A stretch of 64,000 bases of DNA. Source: a virus (lineage: Duplodnaviria; Caudoviricetes). Shown here piece by piece: positions 26,276-34,954 of the stretch. Within the stretch, counting starts at the first letter, position 1, and each line of letters begins with the position of its first letter. The notes below the pieces were generated by a model that was not told where the DNA came from, made no database searches, and saw nothing but the letters and a program-made list of their open reading frames with translations. Where the stretch lies: positions 34-64,033 of the IMG/VR virus record IMGVR_UViG_3300049212_000062; one strand, 5' to 3'. Position numbers and translations under genes: made by a program.

Positions 26276-27214
26276 ATGGCACAACTGAACTTCAACGCGC
26301 GCTCGGTGGACCCGAGTGTCGCACTCGACCCGATCCCGGCGGGGTGGTATAACGCCGCCATCGACCAGTCGGAGATGAAGCCCACCAACGACGGGCAAGG
26401 CGCGTACCTGGAGGCCCGGTACAACATCCTCGACGGGCAGTTCGTGGGCCGCAAGGTGTTCGCGCGCTTCAACCTGCGCAACAACAACGCGCAGGCGGTG
26501 GAAATCGCTTACAAGCAACTGAGCGCCGTGTGCCATGCCACGGGCGTTCTGGACTGCCTGGACAGCAACCTCCTGCACGGCATCCCGCACAAAATCAAGG
26601 TGTCCATGCGACCCGGCGGCCCCAAGCTGAACCGCGAAGGCCAGCCGACGGGCGAGAACTACGAGCCCAGCAACGAGATCAAGGGCTGGAAGAACATCAA
26701 CGAGCCCACCGACACCCCGGTCGCAGCGGCGTCGGTGAACAACGCGGGCTTCCCCGCCCAGCCGCCGGCCCAGCAAGCCCCGGCCGCGTGGGGTGCCCCG
26801 GCGCAGGCCCCCGTCCAGCAGCCGGCTCAACAGCCCTGGCAGCAGGGCGCAGCAGCGCCGACCACCGCACCGGGCCAGCCCTGGGGCGCCCCGCCGGCCC
26901 AGCAGCCCATGCAACAGCCGATGCAGCAGCCGGCCCAGCAACCCGCGCAGCAGTGGCAGCAACAGCCCGCCGCTCAACCGACGCAACAGCCGGGCTCCCA
27001 GCCCTGGCAGCAACAGCCCCAGCAAGGCCCCGCGCCGGCCCAACAGCCGTCGCAAGGCGCCCCGGCCCAGCCCTGGCAGCAGCAACCGGGCCAACCGGCC
27101 CAGCAGCCCGCCCAGCAGCCGCAAGGCGGTGGACAGAGTGCTCCTTGGGCCCAAGGCGCGCCGCAGGGTGGTAACATGGGCGCACCCGGCGCTCAACCGC
27201 CCTGGGCTCGCTGA
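26276..27214 (+). CDS. DUF669 ssDNA-binding protein with a long Q/P-rich tail
   Basis: PIPAGWY..I...E.KPT...G.Y...ILDG...GRKVF...N core. Confidence 0.85.
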   Translation: MAQLNFNARSVDPSVALDPIPAGWYNAAIDQSEMKPTNDGQGAYLEARYNILDGQFVGRKVFARFNLRNNNAQAVEIAYKQLSAVCHATGVLDCLDSNLLHGIPHKIKVSMRPGGPKLNREGQPTGENYEPSNEIKGWKNINEPTDTPVAAASVNNAGFPAQPPAQQAPAAWGAPAQAPVQQPAQQPWQQGAAAPTTAPGQPWGAPPAQQPMQQPMQQPAQQPAQQWQQQPAAQPTQQPGSQPWQQQPQQGPAPAQQPSQGAPAQPWQQQPGQPAQQPAQQPQGGGQSAPWAQGAPQGGNMGAPGAQPPWAR

Positions 27215-27274
27215 TTTTGGGTGTCCCTCGACCTACCTAACCGCGCAGTTGCCACTCGCTTCTAGGTAGCCTTC

Positions 27275-27307
27275 GGGCGGCAGTTCGCAAGGGCTGCCGC
27301 CCTTTTT
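27275..27307 (+). terminator. Rho-independent terminator
   Basis: GGGCGGCAG...CTGCCGCCC followed by TTTTT. Confidence 0.85.
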
Positions 27308-27320
27308 ACTTGGGCCCAGG

Positions 27321-28346
27321 ATGACGACCTTAGCCACACGGACGCTCCGCGCGTTCGATCAAGCCGTTGCATTCGATCAAGGCAACGCCTTCCGCATGTG
27401 GGAGGGCCGTGTACTGCCGCACATGGGCGACGCGTACCGGCAGGACAACGACCTATTTCGCACCCACATGGGCGCCAGCGGCATCGGCCGTGACTGCGCG
27501 CGTGCCGTGTGGTACGACTTCAACTGGGCCACCGCCAAGCGTGCCGAAGCCCGCATGCTTCGGCTGTGGAACCGGGGGCACTTGGAAGAGGCCCGGTTCA
27601 TTGCGCTGCTGCTCACCATCGGCTGCACCGTTATCCAGCAGGACGAGAACGGCCGGCAGTTCAAGATCAGCGAACTCGGCGGTCACTACGGCGGCAGCGG
27701 CGACGGCATGGCCGACGGCATACCCGACCTTAGCCCAACCACTCGCGCACTGACCGAGTTCAAGACGCACAACGACAAGTCGTTCAAAAAACTTGCTGGC
27801 GACAACTGGGGCGACGTGCACGCGGCTATCGTGGCTGACAAGCCGCTGCCCAAGTTTGAAGGCGAGGGGGTGCGTGCCGCCAAGTTTGAGCATTACGTGC
27901 AGATGCAGCAGTACATGCGGAAGATGGGGCTGGGCGTTGGCGTGTACTTTGCTGTCAACAAGAATGACGACCACATTTACGCCGAGGTCATCCCGCTGGA
28001 CGCCGAGCTGGCCGACAAGTTCACGCACCGGGCAATTCAGATTGTGCCCATGCGCGACCCGCCCAAGCGCGTCAACGAGTCGCCAAGCTGGTTCAAGTGC
28101 AAGTTCTGTGATCACCGCGCCGTGTGCCACTATGGCGCCCCGCCTGAGCGCAACTGCCGCACGTGCGAATGGAGCGTGCCGCGCGAAGACGGCCTGTGGT
28201 GGTGTGAGAACAAAGAGCGGCAGATGAAGATGCTTTTTGGTCCATCTCCAGGCGTCAGCAACGAAGGCGAGAACTTTAGCCTTAGCAAGCAACGGCAGCT
28301 CGAAGGCTGTTCGTTCTACACCAAGAACTCCCGCGCGTTCAAGTAA
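27321..28346 (+). CDS. Cas4-like PD-(D/E)XK exonuclease
   Basis: HMGASGIG..C.R.VWY, GSGDG, EFKT, QMQQYM and CKFCD...C motifs. Confidence 0.88.
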   Translation: MTTLATRTLRAFDQAVAFDQGNAFRMWEGRVLPHMGDAYRQDNDLFRTHMGASGIGRDCARAVWYDFNWATAKRAEARMLRLWNRGHLEEARFIALLLTIGCTVIQQDENGRQFKISELGGHYGGSGDGMADGIPDLSPTTRALTEFKTHNDKSFKKLAGDNWGDVHAAIVADKPLPKFEGEGVRAAKFEHYVQMQQYMRKMGLGVGVYFAVNKNDDHIYAEVIPLDAELADKFTHRAIQIVPMRDPPKRVNESPSWFKCKFCDHRAVCHYGAPPERNCRTCEWSVPREDGLWWCENKERQMKMLFGPSPGVSNEGENFSLSKQRQLEGCSFYTKNSRAFK

Positions 28347-28355
28347 ACTGGCGTC

Positions 28356-30212
28356 ATGGCCCTGCTACCACGCAACTACCAAGACGAAGCCGCGAACTCC
28401 GTATTCGCATACTTCGCAGAGAAGGACGGTAACCCACTTGTTGCCATGCCCACGGGCACGGGCAAGAGTGTGGTTATCGCCGAGTTCCTGCGCCGCGTTT
28501 ATGCGTGGTATCCGCAAGAGCGGGTGATGGTGCTGACGCACGTCAAGGAGCTGATTGCACAGAACTTCGCCAAGCTGCTCGAAGCGTGGCCGCTGGCACC
28601 CGCAGGCATCTACAGTGCCGGCATTGGCCGGCGCGAGACGCACCAGCGCATCACCTTCGCCGGCATTGCCAGCGTCGCCAAGCGTCCGGAGGAGTTCGGC
28701 TACATTGGGATCGTGTTGGTCGACGAGGCACACCTCGTTAGCCCCAGCGAAGCCACCATGTATCAGAAGTTCTTCGACGGGCTGCGCAAGGTCAACCCCA
28801 AGCTCAAGGTCGTGGGGTTGACGGCTACGGCGTGGCGGCTGGGTCACGGCAAGCTGCACGAAGCGCACCCCATCTTCACCGACATCTGTTTCGACATCAC
28901 TGGCCTAGAGGCCTTTAACCGCCTGCTGCGCGAAGGCTACCTGTGCCCGCTGATCCCCAAGTCTACCGACACCAAGCTTGACGCCGACGGCGTGCACACA
29001 CGGGGCGGCGAGTTCATTGCCAGCGAGCTACAGGCAGCGGTTGACAAGCATGAACTGTCTTACGCCGCGCTGAAAGAGGCCACAACCCTCGCGGCCGATC
29101 GGTATAGCTGGCTTGTGTTCTGCGCTGGTGTCGAACACGCGCAGCACGTTGCCGCCATCATGCGCGACGCCTTCGGCTTTGCCGCCGAGGCCGTGTATAC
29201 GGGCATGGAAAAAGATGCGGCAGCCATACGGGCGCGCAACCCTGGCATGCACAAGGGCGACCGCGACGAGGTGATTAGCTGGTGGAAGCAAGGCAAGCTC
29301 CGTGCGCTGACGAACAACAATGTCTTGACCACAGGTATCGACCACCCGGCGCTCGACTGCATCGTGGTGCTGCGGCCCACTGCCTCTGTCATCCTGTGGG
29401 TGCAAATGCTCGGGCGCGGCACGCGGCCTTACTACGCGCCGGGGTACGACCTGACAACCACCCAGGGGCGCCTAGACGCCATTGCAGCGAGCCATAAGCC
29501 GAACTGCCTTGTGCTGGACTTCGCGCGCAACACGGCCCGCCTAGGGCCCATCAATGACCCTGTGGTGCCGCGCAAAAAGGGCGAGAAGGTGGGAGAGGCG
29601 CCAATCAAGCTCTGCCCTACCTGCTCGACGTACAACCACGCAAGCGCTCGCATGTGTGTCTTTTGCGGCCACGAGTTCCCAGCCTACGGCCCGCGCGTGC
29701 AGCAGCATGCGGGTACGCTTGACCTGATCAAAGCCGACATGCCCGTGGTGGAGGTGTTCAAAATTGATCAGGTCACCTACAGCGTGCACACCAAGCTCGG
29801 CAAGCCGCCCAGCATGCGCGTCGCGTACTTCAGCGGCTACTCTAGGAAGTTCCAAGAATTCGTTCTGTTTGAGCACGGCGACGGCCTCAGCCAGCGCAAG
29901 GTCCGCCAGTGGTGGCGCGCCCGCGTGCCGGGGCCAGATGCCAACGCAGCCGCAGTGCCGGCCACCACGGCGGAAGCCCTGGCGCTGGTGCCACACCTAC
30001 GCGCACCGACGCACCTACGGGTCTGGACAAACAAGCAATACCCGGAGATCCTGGCCGCTTGCTTCGACGGCACCGCGTTCGGCACGCAACAGGCCGTGCC
30101 GGGCGACGAACCAGCGGTCGACGTAGCGGTTGACTTAATGAACCCAAGGCCGTACGAACCACCGCCCAAGCCGTCACCTATAGACATCATGGACAACGAT
30201 ATACCGTTCTAA
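28356..30212 (+). CDS. SF2 DNA helicase (RadD/YejH-like) with Zn finger
   Basis: PTGTGKS, DEAH, GLTAT, LTTGID, QMLGRGTR and CPTC...CVFCG motifs; ends in DIPF. Confidence 0.93.
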   Translation: MALLPRNYQDEAANSVFAYFAEKDGNPLVAMPTGTGKSVVIAEFLRRVYAWYPQERVMVLTHVKELIAQNFAKLLEAWPLAPAGIYSAGIGRRETHQRITFAGIASVAKRPEEFGYIGIVLVDEAHLVSPSEATMYQKFFDGLRKVNPKLKVVGLTATAWRLGHGKLHEAHPIFTDICFDITGLEAFNRLLREGYLCPLIPKSTDTKLDADGVHTRGGEFIASELQAAVDKHELSYAALKEATTLAADRYSWLVFCAGVEHAQHVAAIMRDAFGFAAEAVYTGMEKDAAAIRARNPGMHKGDRDEVISWWKQGKLRALTNNNVLTTGIDHPALDCIVVLRPTASVILWVQMLGRGTRPYYAPGYDLTTTQGRLDAIAASHKPNCLVLDFARNTARLGPINDPVVPRKKGEKVGEAPIKLCPTCSTYNHASARMCVFCGHEFPAYGPRVQQHAGTLDLIKADMPVVEVFKIDQVTYSVHTKLGKPPSMRVAYFSGYSRKFQEFVLFEHGDGLSQRKVRQWWRARVPGPDANAAAVPATTAEALALVPHLRAPTHLRVWTNKQYPEILAACFDGTAFGTQQAVPGDEPAVDVAVDLMNPRPYEPPPKPSPIDIMDNDIPF

Positions 30213-30264
30213 TCGATGGTCGTTATCTGATTGCAACGTTTTGAGCGTAATGCTCTAAAAACGC

Positions 30265-30293
30265 TTGCAAGGTGCTCACTGCTCGAGTACAGT
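30265..30293 (+). promoter_or_regulatory. Promoter TTGCAA-N17-TACAGT
   Basis: Near-consensus; preceded by an inverted repeat at about 30237-30263. Confidence 0.75.
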
Positions 30294-30360
30294 TGCGTCA
30301 TGGGTTGCAGCACGGTGCTGCGGTCCACAGAGTGGCAACTCAACAGTTAGGAGCACCAAC

Positions 30361-31029
30361 ATGACCCCCTTCACGTTCAAGGCCCAAGCCAAGTCCAACG
30401 CCAAGCGCTTCTTGGTGCAGACCTGCAAGCTGGAGAACTTCGAAGACTACCTGACCCAAGACGGCGACGGCCAGTGGGGAACCTACATGCGTGACGGCGC
30501 CCCGGTGCCGCATGCCACGGTGCGCGGCGAGATGGAGGCCAAGGTCGCGGCCCTGGCCGCAGAGGTCGCCAGCATTGCACCGGCCCCCGCTGCACCCGTG
30601 CCCGCACCGGCCCCGGCTTCGCTGGAAGAAGAGGTCGCGCTGATCGCCGGCAACGACACGGCAGCCGCTGCCTTCGGCGCCCTGGCGTTCGGCCAGCTCA
30701 CCGCCAGCACCAACACCACGCCGGCCCCCGTGGCAGGCACCACCGCACCCCGCAGCGCGGCCCGCGAAGGCGCCACGCCCACCAGCGGGCTGAAGATCCA
30801 GCGCGACCGCCCGGAACAGAACGGCATCCGTCGCCAAAGCGCCGGCAGCGTCGGCGACAAGCTGTGGGCGCTGTACGACAAGATCGGTCCGACCTGCACG
30901 CTGGAGCAAGCCAAGCAAGCCGCCACCGACGCGGGCCTGTCGACCACCAGCGCGGCGATCGCCCTGTACAACTGGCGCAAGTTCAACGGCATCGCCTCCG
31001 GCCGCACCGCCACGCCGGCAGCCGAGTAA
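30361..31029 (+). CDS. WRK-domain paralogue 1 (putative DNA-binding early protein)
   Basis: AGGAG RBS; PEQNGIRR...KLWALYD...YNWRKFNG. Confidence 0.8.
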   Translation: MTPFTFKAQAKSNAKRFLVQTCKLENFEDYLTQDGDGQWGTYMRDGAPVPHATVRGEMEAKVAALAAEVASIAPAPAAPVPAPAPASLEEEVALIAGNDTAAAAFGALAFGQLTASTNTTPAPVAGTTAPRSAAREGATPTSGLKIQRDRPEQNGIRRQSAGSVGDKLWALYDKIGPTCTLEQAKQAATDAGLSTTSAAIALYNWRKFNGIASGRTATPAAE

Positions 31030-31033
31030 CGCC

Positions 31034-31522
31034 ATGGGCTACGTCAAATGCGTAGCCTGCCCTTGCTCTGCGCAGTGCGACGAGGAAGGGCAGTGCGTCA
31101 ATACCTGGGTGACCGCCCAGGACCGGCGGGGCACGTGCGTTCGGAGTACCCTGCCGCCCGGCCACTACACGGCAACCATTGCGGCAGTCGATGCGCAAGG
31201 GCGCGCGGTGCTGGCGGTGAACACACCGAACGGCGTGGTTAACCTGCCAACCACAATCGCCTCGCCAAAGCCCGCAAAAGCCCCGCCAAGCGCACCGCGC
31301 CCGCCGGGTGGGGGTAGCGTGACAGAGCAGATCTTTGCAGCCTGCGACGCGGTGCTGGCGGAGATGTACCCGGAACCCACGCCACTGGACACGGCGCCGG
31401 GTGTGAAAGAGCAACGTCTGGCCGCTGCCCGCAAGGTGGCGATACCACGCCTGGAAGCGGCTGGTGTGAACATCAACAGCGCTCGCAAGGGTTCGAGCAT
31501 GTGGATTGCCTGCCGTCGCTGA
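31034..31522 (+). CDS. Hypothetical protein with a divergent WRK-like C-terminal domain
   Basis: PRPPGGGSVTEQIFAACD...AAGVNINSARKGSSMW. Confidence 0.65.
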   Translation: MGYVKCVACPCSAQCDEEGQCVNTWVTAQDRRGTCVRSTLPPGHYTATIAAVDAQGRAVLAVNTPNGVVNLPTTIASPKPAKAPPSAPRPPGGGSVTEQIFAACDAVLAEMYPEPTPLDTAPGVKEQRLAAARKVAIPRLEAAGVNINSARKGSSMWIACRR

Positions 31523-31523
31523 T

Positions 31524-31552
31524 TTGTGCTCAAACCCGCTCCCTGCTACATT
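31524..31552 (+). promoter_or_regulatory. Promoter TTGTGC-N17-TACATT with extended -10 TG
   Basis: Core CCCTGCTACATTGCCA is identical to 58652-58667 on the minus strand. Confidence 0.7.
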
Positions 31553-31609
31553 GCCATCACGTCCGCCGGACGCCCCATTGTCAACCGACCAACCACCAGG
31601 AGTCACCAC

Positions 31610-32185
31610 ATGACCGAGAAGACTGCAGAGCAACTGGCGGCCGAAGCCGCCGCGCAAGCGAAGGCCGCTGCCGAAGCCAAGGCCGCCGAAAAGGCTGCCG
31701 CCAAGGCGAAGAAGGACCAAGAGAAGGCCGACGCCAAGGCCAAGCGCGAGGCCGACGCGGCTGCCAAGAAGGCCGCCAAGGAAGCCGAGGCGCAGGCCAA
31801 GAAGGACAAGGCCGCTGCCGAGAAGGCCGCCAAGGAAAAGGCTGTCGCCGACGCCAAGGCCGCCAAGGAAGCCGCCAAGATGCCGGAACAGAACGGCGTG
31901 CGCCGGCCGGGCCCCGATGGCAAGTGCGGCAAGGCGTGGGCGCTGATGGACGAAATGTCCCGCAAGCTGGGCGCCCCCGTGGCGATCGCCGACCTGCTGT
32001 TGGCCTCCAAGGCCGCCGGCATGAACGACAACATGGTCCGCAGCAATTATGCCGCGTGGCGCAAGTTCAACGGCGTGACCGGCCAAGTGCTGTCCCAGGC
32101 TGCCATCGCCAAGGCGCAGGCCACCGCAGCCGCTGCCGCACAGGCCGCGCAAGCCGCAGCGAACGCCGGCAAGCCGGCCGCCTGA
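31610..32185 (+). CDS. Ala/Lys/Glu-rich protein with WRK domain (paralogue 2)
   Basis: AKAAEKAAAK repeats, then PEQNGVRRP...AWALMD...YAAWRKFNG. Confidence 0.85.
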   Translation: MTEKTAEQLAAEAAAQAKAAAEAKAAEKAAAKAKKDQEKADAKAKREADAAAKKAAKEAEAQAKKDKAAAEKAAKEKAVADAKAAKEAAKMPEQNGVRRPGPDGKCGKAWALMDEMSRKLGAPVAIADLLLASKAAGMNDNMVRSNYAAWRKFNGVTGQVLSQAAIAKAQATAAAAAQAAQAAANAGKPAA

Positions 32186-32277
32186 GCTTTGATGTACCGC
32201 AGCGCGTCGTAAACTAACGGCGCGCCGGAAACCCGCAGCCCGCCTTCGCGCGGGCTGCTCTCTCCCCGAGGTACACT

Positions 32278-33006
32278 TTGAAGCTCAACATCCAGCCCAT
32301 TGAGAAACTGGACCGCCGTGACGACGACAGCGTCGACGTACACGAGATCTTCGGCCCAACCATCCAAGGCGAAGGCCCCCTAAGCGGCCACCCCGCCATC
32401 TTCGTTCGCCTTGCCGGCTGCAACTTGCAGTGCCCCGGCTGCGACACCGACTACACCAGCAAGCGCACGCGCATGACGCCGGAAGGCGTTGTCGCCGAAG
32501 TCATGCGCATTCACCAAGGCCCGCGCCTTGTGGTGATCACCGGCGGCGAACCGTTTCGCCAGAACATCGGCCTGCTCACGCAGTTGCTTGAAGACGCCGG
32601 CTACCAGATCCAAATCGAGACGAATGGTGTGCTGCCCGTGCCCGACGGGCTGGCGGCCAGCACCGTCATCGTCTGCAGCCCCAAGACCTTCCGCGTGCAC
32701 CCCAGCGTCGTTGACCGTGCGTGGGCGTGGAAGTACGTGCTTGACCACAGGCACGTCGACCCAGACGACGGGCTGCCGACCTTCGCGCTGTACAACGAGA
32801 CGCAGGGCCGCGTCGCACGCCCGCCCAGTGACTTCTTCACCGTCCCTGGCCTCATTGGCGCCGTGTACGTGCAGCCCATGGACGAGGGCACCGGCTACGC
32901 GATCGGCGCGCACAACCACCAGAACCAGAAGGCCGCGCTGGCGACCTGCCTGAAGTACGGGTACACCTTCCAACTCCAACTTCACAAAACCGTGGGGCTC
33001 CTCTGA
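32278..33006 (+). CDS. queE: 7-carboxy-7-deazaguanine synthase (radical SAM)
   Basis: EIFGPTIQGEG...FVRLAGCNLQCPGCDT, TGGEP, ETNG, SPK and QLHK motifs. Confidence 0.95.
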   Translation: MKLNIQPIEKLDRRDDDSVDVHEIFGPTIQGEGPLSGHPAIFVRLAGCNLQCPGCDTDYTSKRTRMTPEGVVAEVMRIHQGPRLVVITGGEPFRQNIGLLTQLLEDAGYQIQIETNGVLPVPDGLAASTVIVCSPKTFRVHPSVVDRAWAWKYVLDHRHVDPDDGLPTFALYNETQGRVARPPSDFFTVPGLIGAVYVQPMDEGTGYAIGAHNHQNQKAALATCLKYGYTFQLQLHKTVGLL

Positions 33007-33449
33007 TGTACTACTCGACAAAGACATACGGGCACGACATCGGCCTGTCGGCCTGCTTCCGCCAGCACAAGGCGCAGAGCCACTGCCGGCACTTGCACGG
33101 CTACGCCCTGGCCGTGCACGTTGAGTTCCGCGCCAGCGAACTGGACGTGCGGAACTGGGTGGTTGACTTCGGCAGCCTGAAGAGCTTCAAGGGCATGCTG
33201 GAAAACACCTTCGACCACAAGCTACTCGTCGCCGAGGACGACCCGTGGAAGGACGAGCTGTGCGCGCTGTCGGGTTACGACGTGGCGAACATTGTTATCG
33301 TGCAGGCCACGGGCTGCGAAGCCTTCGCCAAGCTGATCTTCGAATACACCCAGCTCTGGCTCAAAGACAACGGCTACGCGCAGCGCGTGCAGGTGAGCAA
33401 GGTGGAAGTCCGTGAGCACGGTGCCAACAGCGCCATCTACTCGGAGTAA
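33006..33449 (+). CDS. queD: 6-carboxytetrahydropterin synthase
   Basis: HCRHLHGY, VVDFG and FDHK motifs. Confidence 0.95.
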   Translation: MYYSTKTYGHDIGLSACFRQHKAQSHCRHLHGYALAVHVEFRASELDVRNWVVDFGSLKSFKGMLENTFDHKLLVAEDDPWKDELCALSGYDVANIVIVQATGCEAFAKLIFEYTQLWLKDNGYAQRVQVSKVEVREHGANSAIYSE

Positions 33450-33452
33450 GGC

Positions 33453-34109
33453 ATGAGCCAACTGTTCAAGTCCATGCAGCAAATGGCCGACGCACACGAA
33501 GCCATGAACAAAGAGCAGAGCACCGTCCCGGTTGTTGACTACGGCCGTGACACGCAGCGCGTGCGCCCCGAGGAGCTGTTTCGGGGCCTGCTGCACATGC
33601 TGGACCCGCAGCCCGGCCGCGAAGGGCTGGGCGACACGCCGGCCCGTGTGGTCAAGGCGTGGCGGCACTGGTGCGGCGGCTACGCGATGGACCCGGCTGA
33701 CATACTGAAGGTGTTCGAAGATGGTGCGCAGAGCTACGACGAAATGGTCTTGGTCAAGGACATCCCCATCTACAGCAAGTGCGAGCACCACTTGGCTGAC
33801 ATCTTCGGCACGGCAAGCATCGCCTACATCCCCAACGGCAAAATCGTCGGGCTCAGCAAACTCAGCCGACTGGCCGATTGCTTTGCCCGCCGTCTCCAAG
33901 TCCAAGAGCGGCTGACGGTACAAATCGCCGACGCGCTGGTGGAGCACTTGCAACCCAAAGGCGTCGGCGTGATCGTACGTGCGCGGCATATGTGCATGGA
34001 GTCCCGTGGCATCAAGCAGCAGGGTCACCACACGCAGACACAAGCGCTGCGCGGCTGCATCAAAGACGACCCGCGCAGTCGCGCCGAGTTCTTCGCCGCC
34101 GTGGCGTAA
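33453..34109 (+). CDS. folE: GTP cyclohydrolase I
   Basis: TPARV, CEHH, GLSKLSR, LQVQERL and HMCMESRG motifs. Confidence 0.97.
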   Translation: MSQLFKSMQQMADAHEAMNKEQSTVPVVDYGRDTQRVRPEELFRGLLHMLDPQPGREGLGDTPARVVKAWRHWCGGYAMDPADILKVFEDGAQSYDEMVLVKDIPIYSKCEHHLADIFGTASIAYIPNGKIVGLSKLSRLADCFARRLQVQERLTVQIADALVEHLQPKGVGVIVRARHMCMESRGIKQQGHHTQTQALRGCIKDDPRSRAEFFAAVA

Positions 34110-34231
34110 GCTACGGCCTACAGCGCGCCGGCCGCCGGCAGGCTACCCCAGCACCAGCGCACCCGGCCGCACGCGCTGGCGGCCCGCGCAGCCCCGTTCC
34201 CGGGGCATATCTACCCAAGGAGCACACCCGT

Positions 34232-34954
34232 ATGAGCAAGGTATTGTTGAGCAGTGGCGGCATGGATAGTTTTCTGCTTGCCATGGAGCCCGAAGTGCGC
34301 GGCGCCAAGCATGTCTTCGTTGACATCGGCCAAGCCTACGTCGACAAAGAGCTGCGCAGCGCGGCCAACGTGGCAGAGGCTGCCGGCGCCGAGCTGATCT
34401 ACATGAGCGGCGCACGCTTTGCCCAGTATGAGCACAAGCCGACCGGCATCATCCCGTTCCGCAACGCGGAGCTCCTGCTGTGCGCGGCCCAGCACGGCGA
34501 CACCATTTACTTCGGCGTCATCGGCGACGAAGTCAACAGCGACAAGTCGCCGCAGTTCGTTGCCGCTATGGAAGGTGTGTTGCGCATCAGCCACCGTAAA
34601 CAATACTGGACGTTCGGACGTGACTTCGACATCCTTACGCCATTCCGAGGCCTAAGCAAGACCGAGCTTGTCAAGCGCTACCTGGAGCGCGGCGGCGACC
34701 TGCACAAGCTGACGCAGACGGTGAGCTGCTACGACGGCGGCGACATGCACTGTGGTCAGTGCAGTAGCTGCTTCAAGCGCTGGGTTGCCCTGACCACAGC
34801 CACCGGCCAGGACGCGGCCAGCCTGCACCCGTGGGTCAAGCACCCGGGTTACTGGCACACGCGCGAATACTGGGCAGAGAAGCTGGACCAGCCCGATTAC
34901 CAACGGCGCCGCTACACGGAAACGATGCAGGCCCTGGACATCGCGCGGCTATGA
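34232..34954 (+). CDS. queC: 7-cyano-7-deazaguanine synthase
   Basis: AAGGAG RBS; SGGMDS, PFRN, TPF..LSK and SCY...HCGQCSSCFKR motifs. Confidence 0.92.
   Translation: MSKVLLSSGGMDSFLLAMEPEVRGAKHVFVDIGQAYVDKELRSAANVAEAAGAELIYMSGARFAQYEHKPTGIIPFRNAELLLCAAQHGDTIYFGVIGDEVNSDKSPQFVAAMEGVLRISHRKQYWTFGRDFDILTPFRGLSKTELVKRYLERGGDLHKLTQTVSCYDGGDMHCGQCSSCFKRWVALTTATGQDAASLHPWVKHPGYWHTREYWAEKLDQPDYQRRRYTETMQALDIARL

Noticed and set aside
27321-28346. CRISPR-Cas system implied by the Cas4-like gene
   Set aside because: No repeat-spacer array or other cas genes were seen; stand-alone Cas4-like exonucleases are usual beside Sak4 and SSB.
32186-34231. preQ1 riboswitch upstream of queE or queC
   Set aside because: No preQ1-I-like stem-loop with an A-rich tail is present in either intergenic region.
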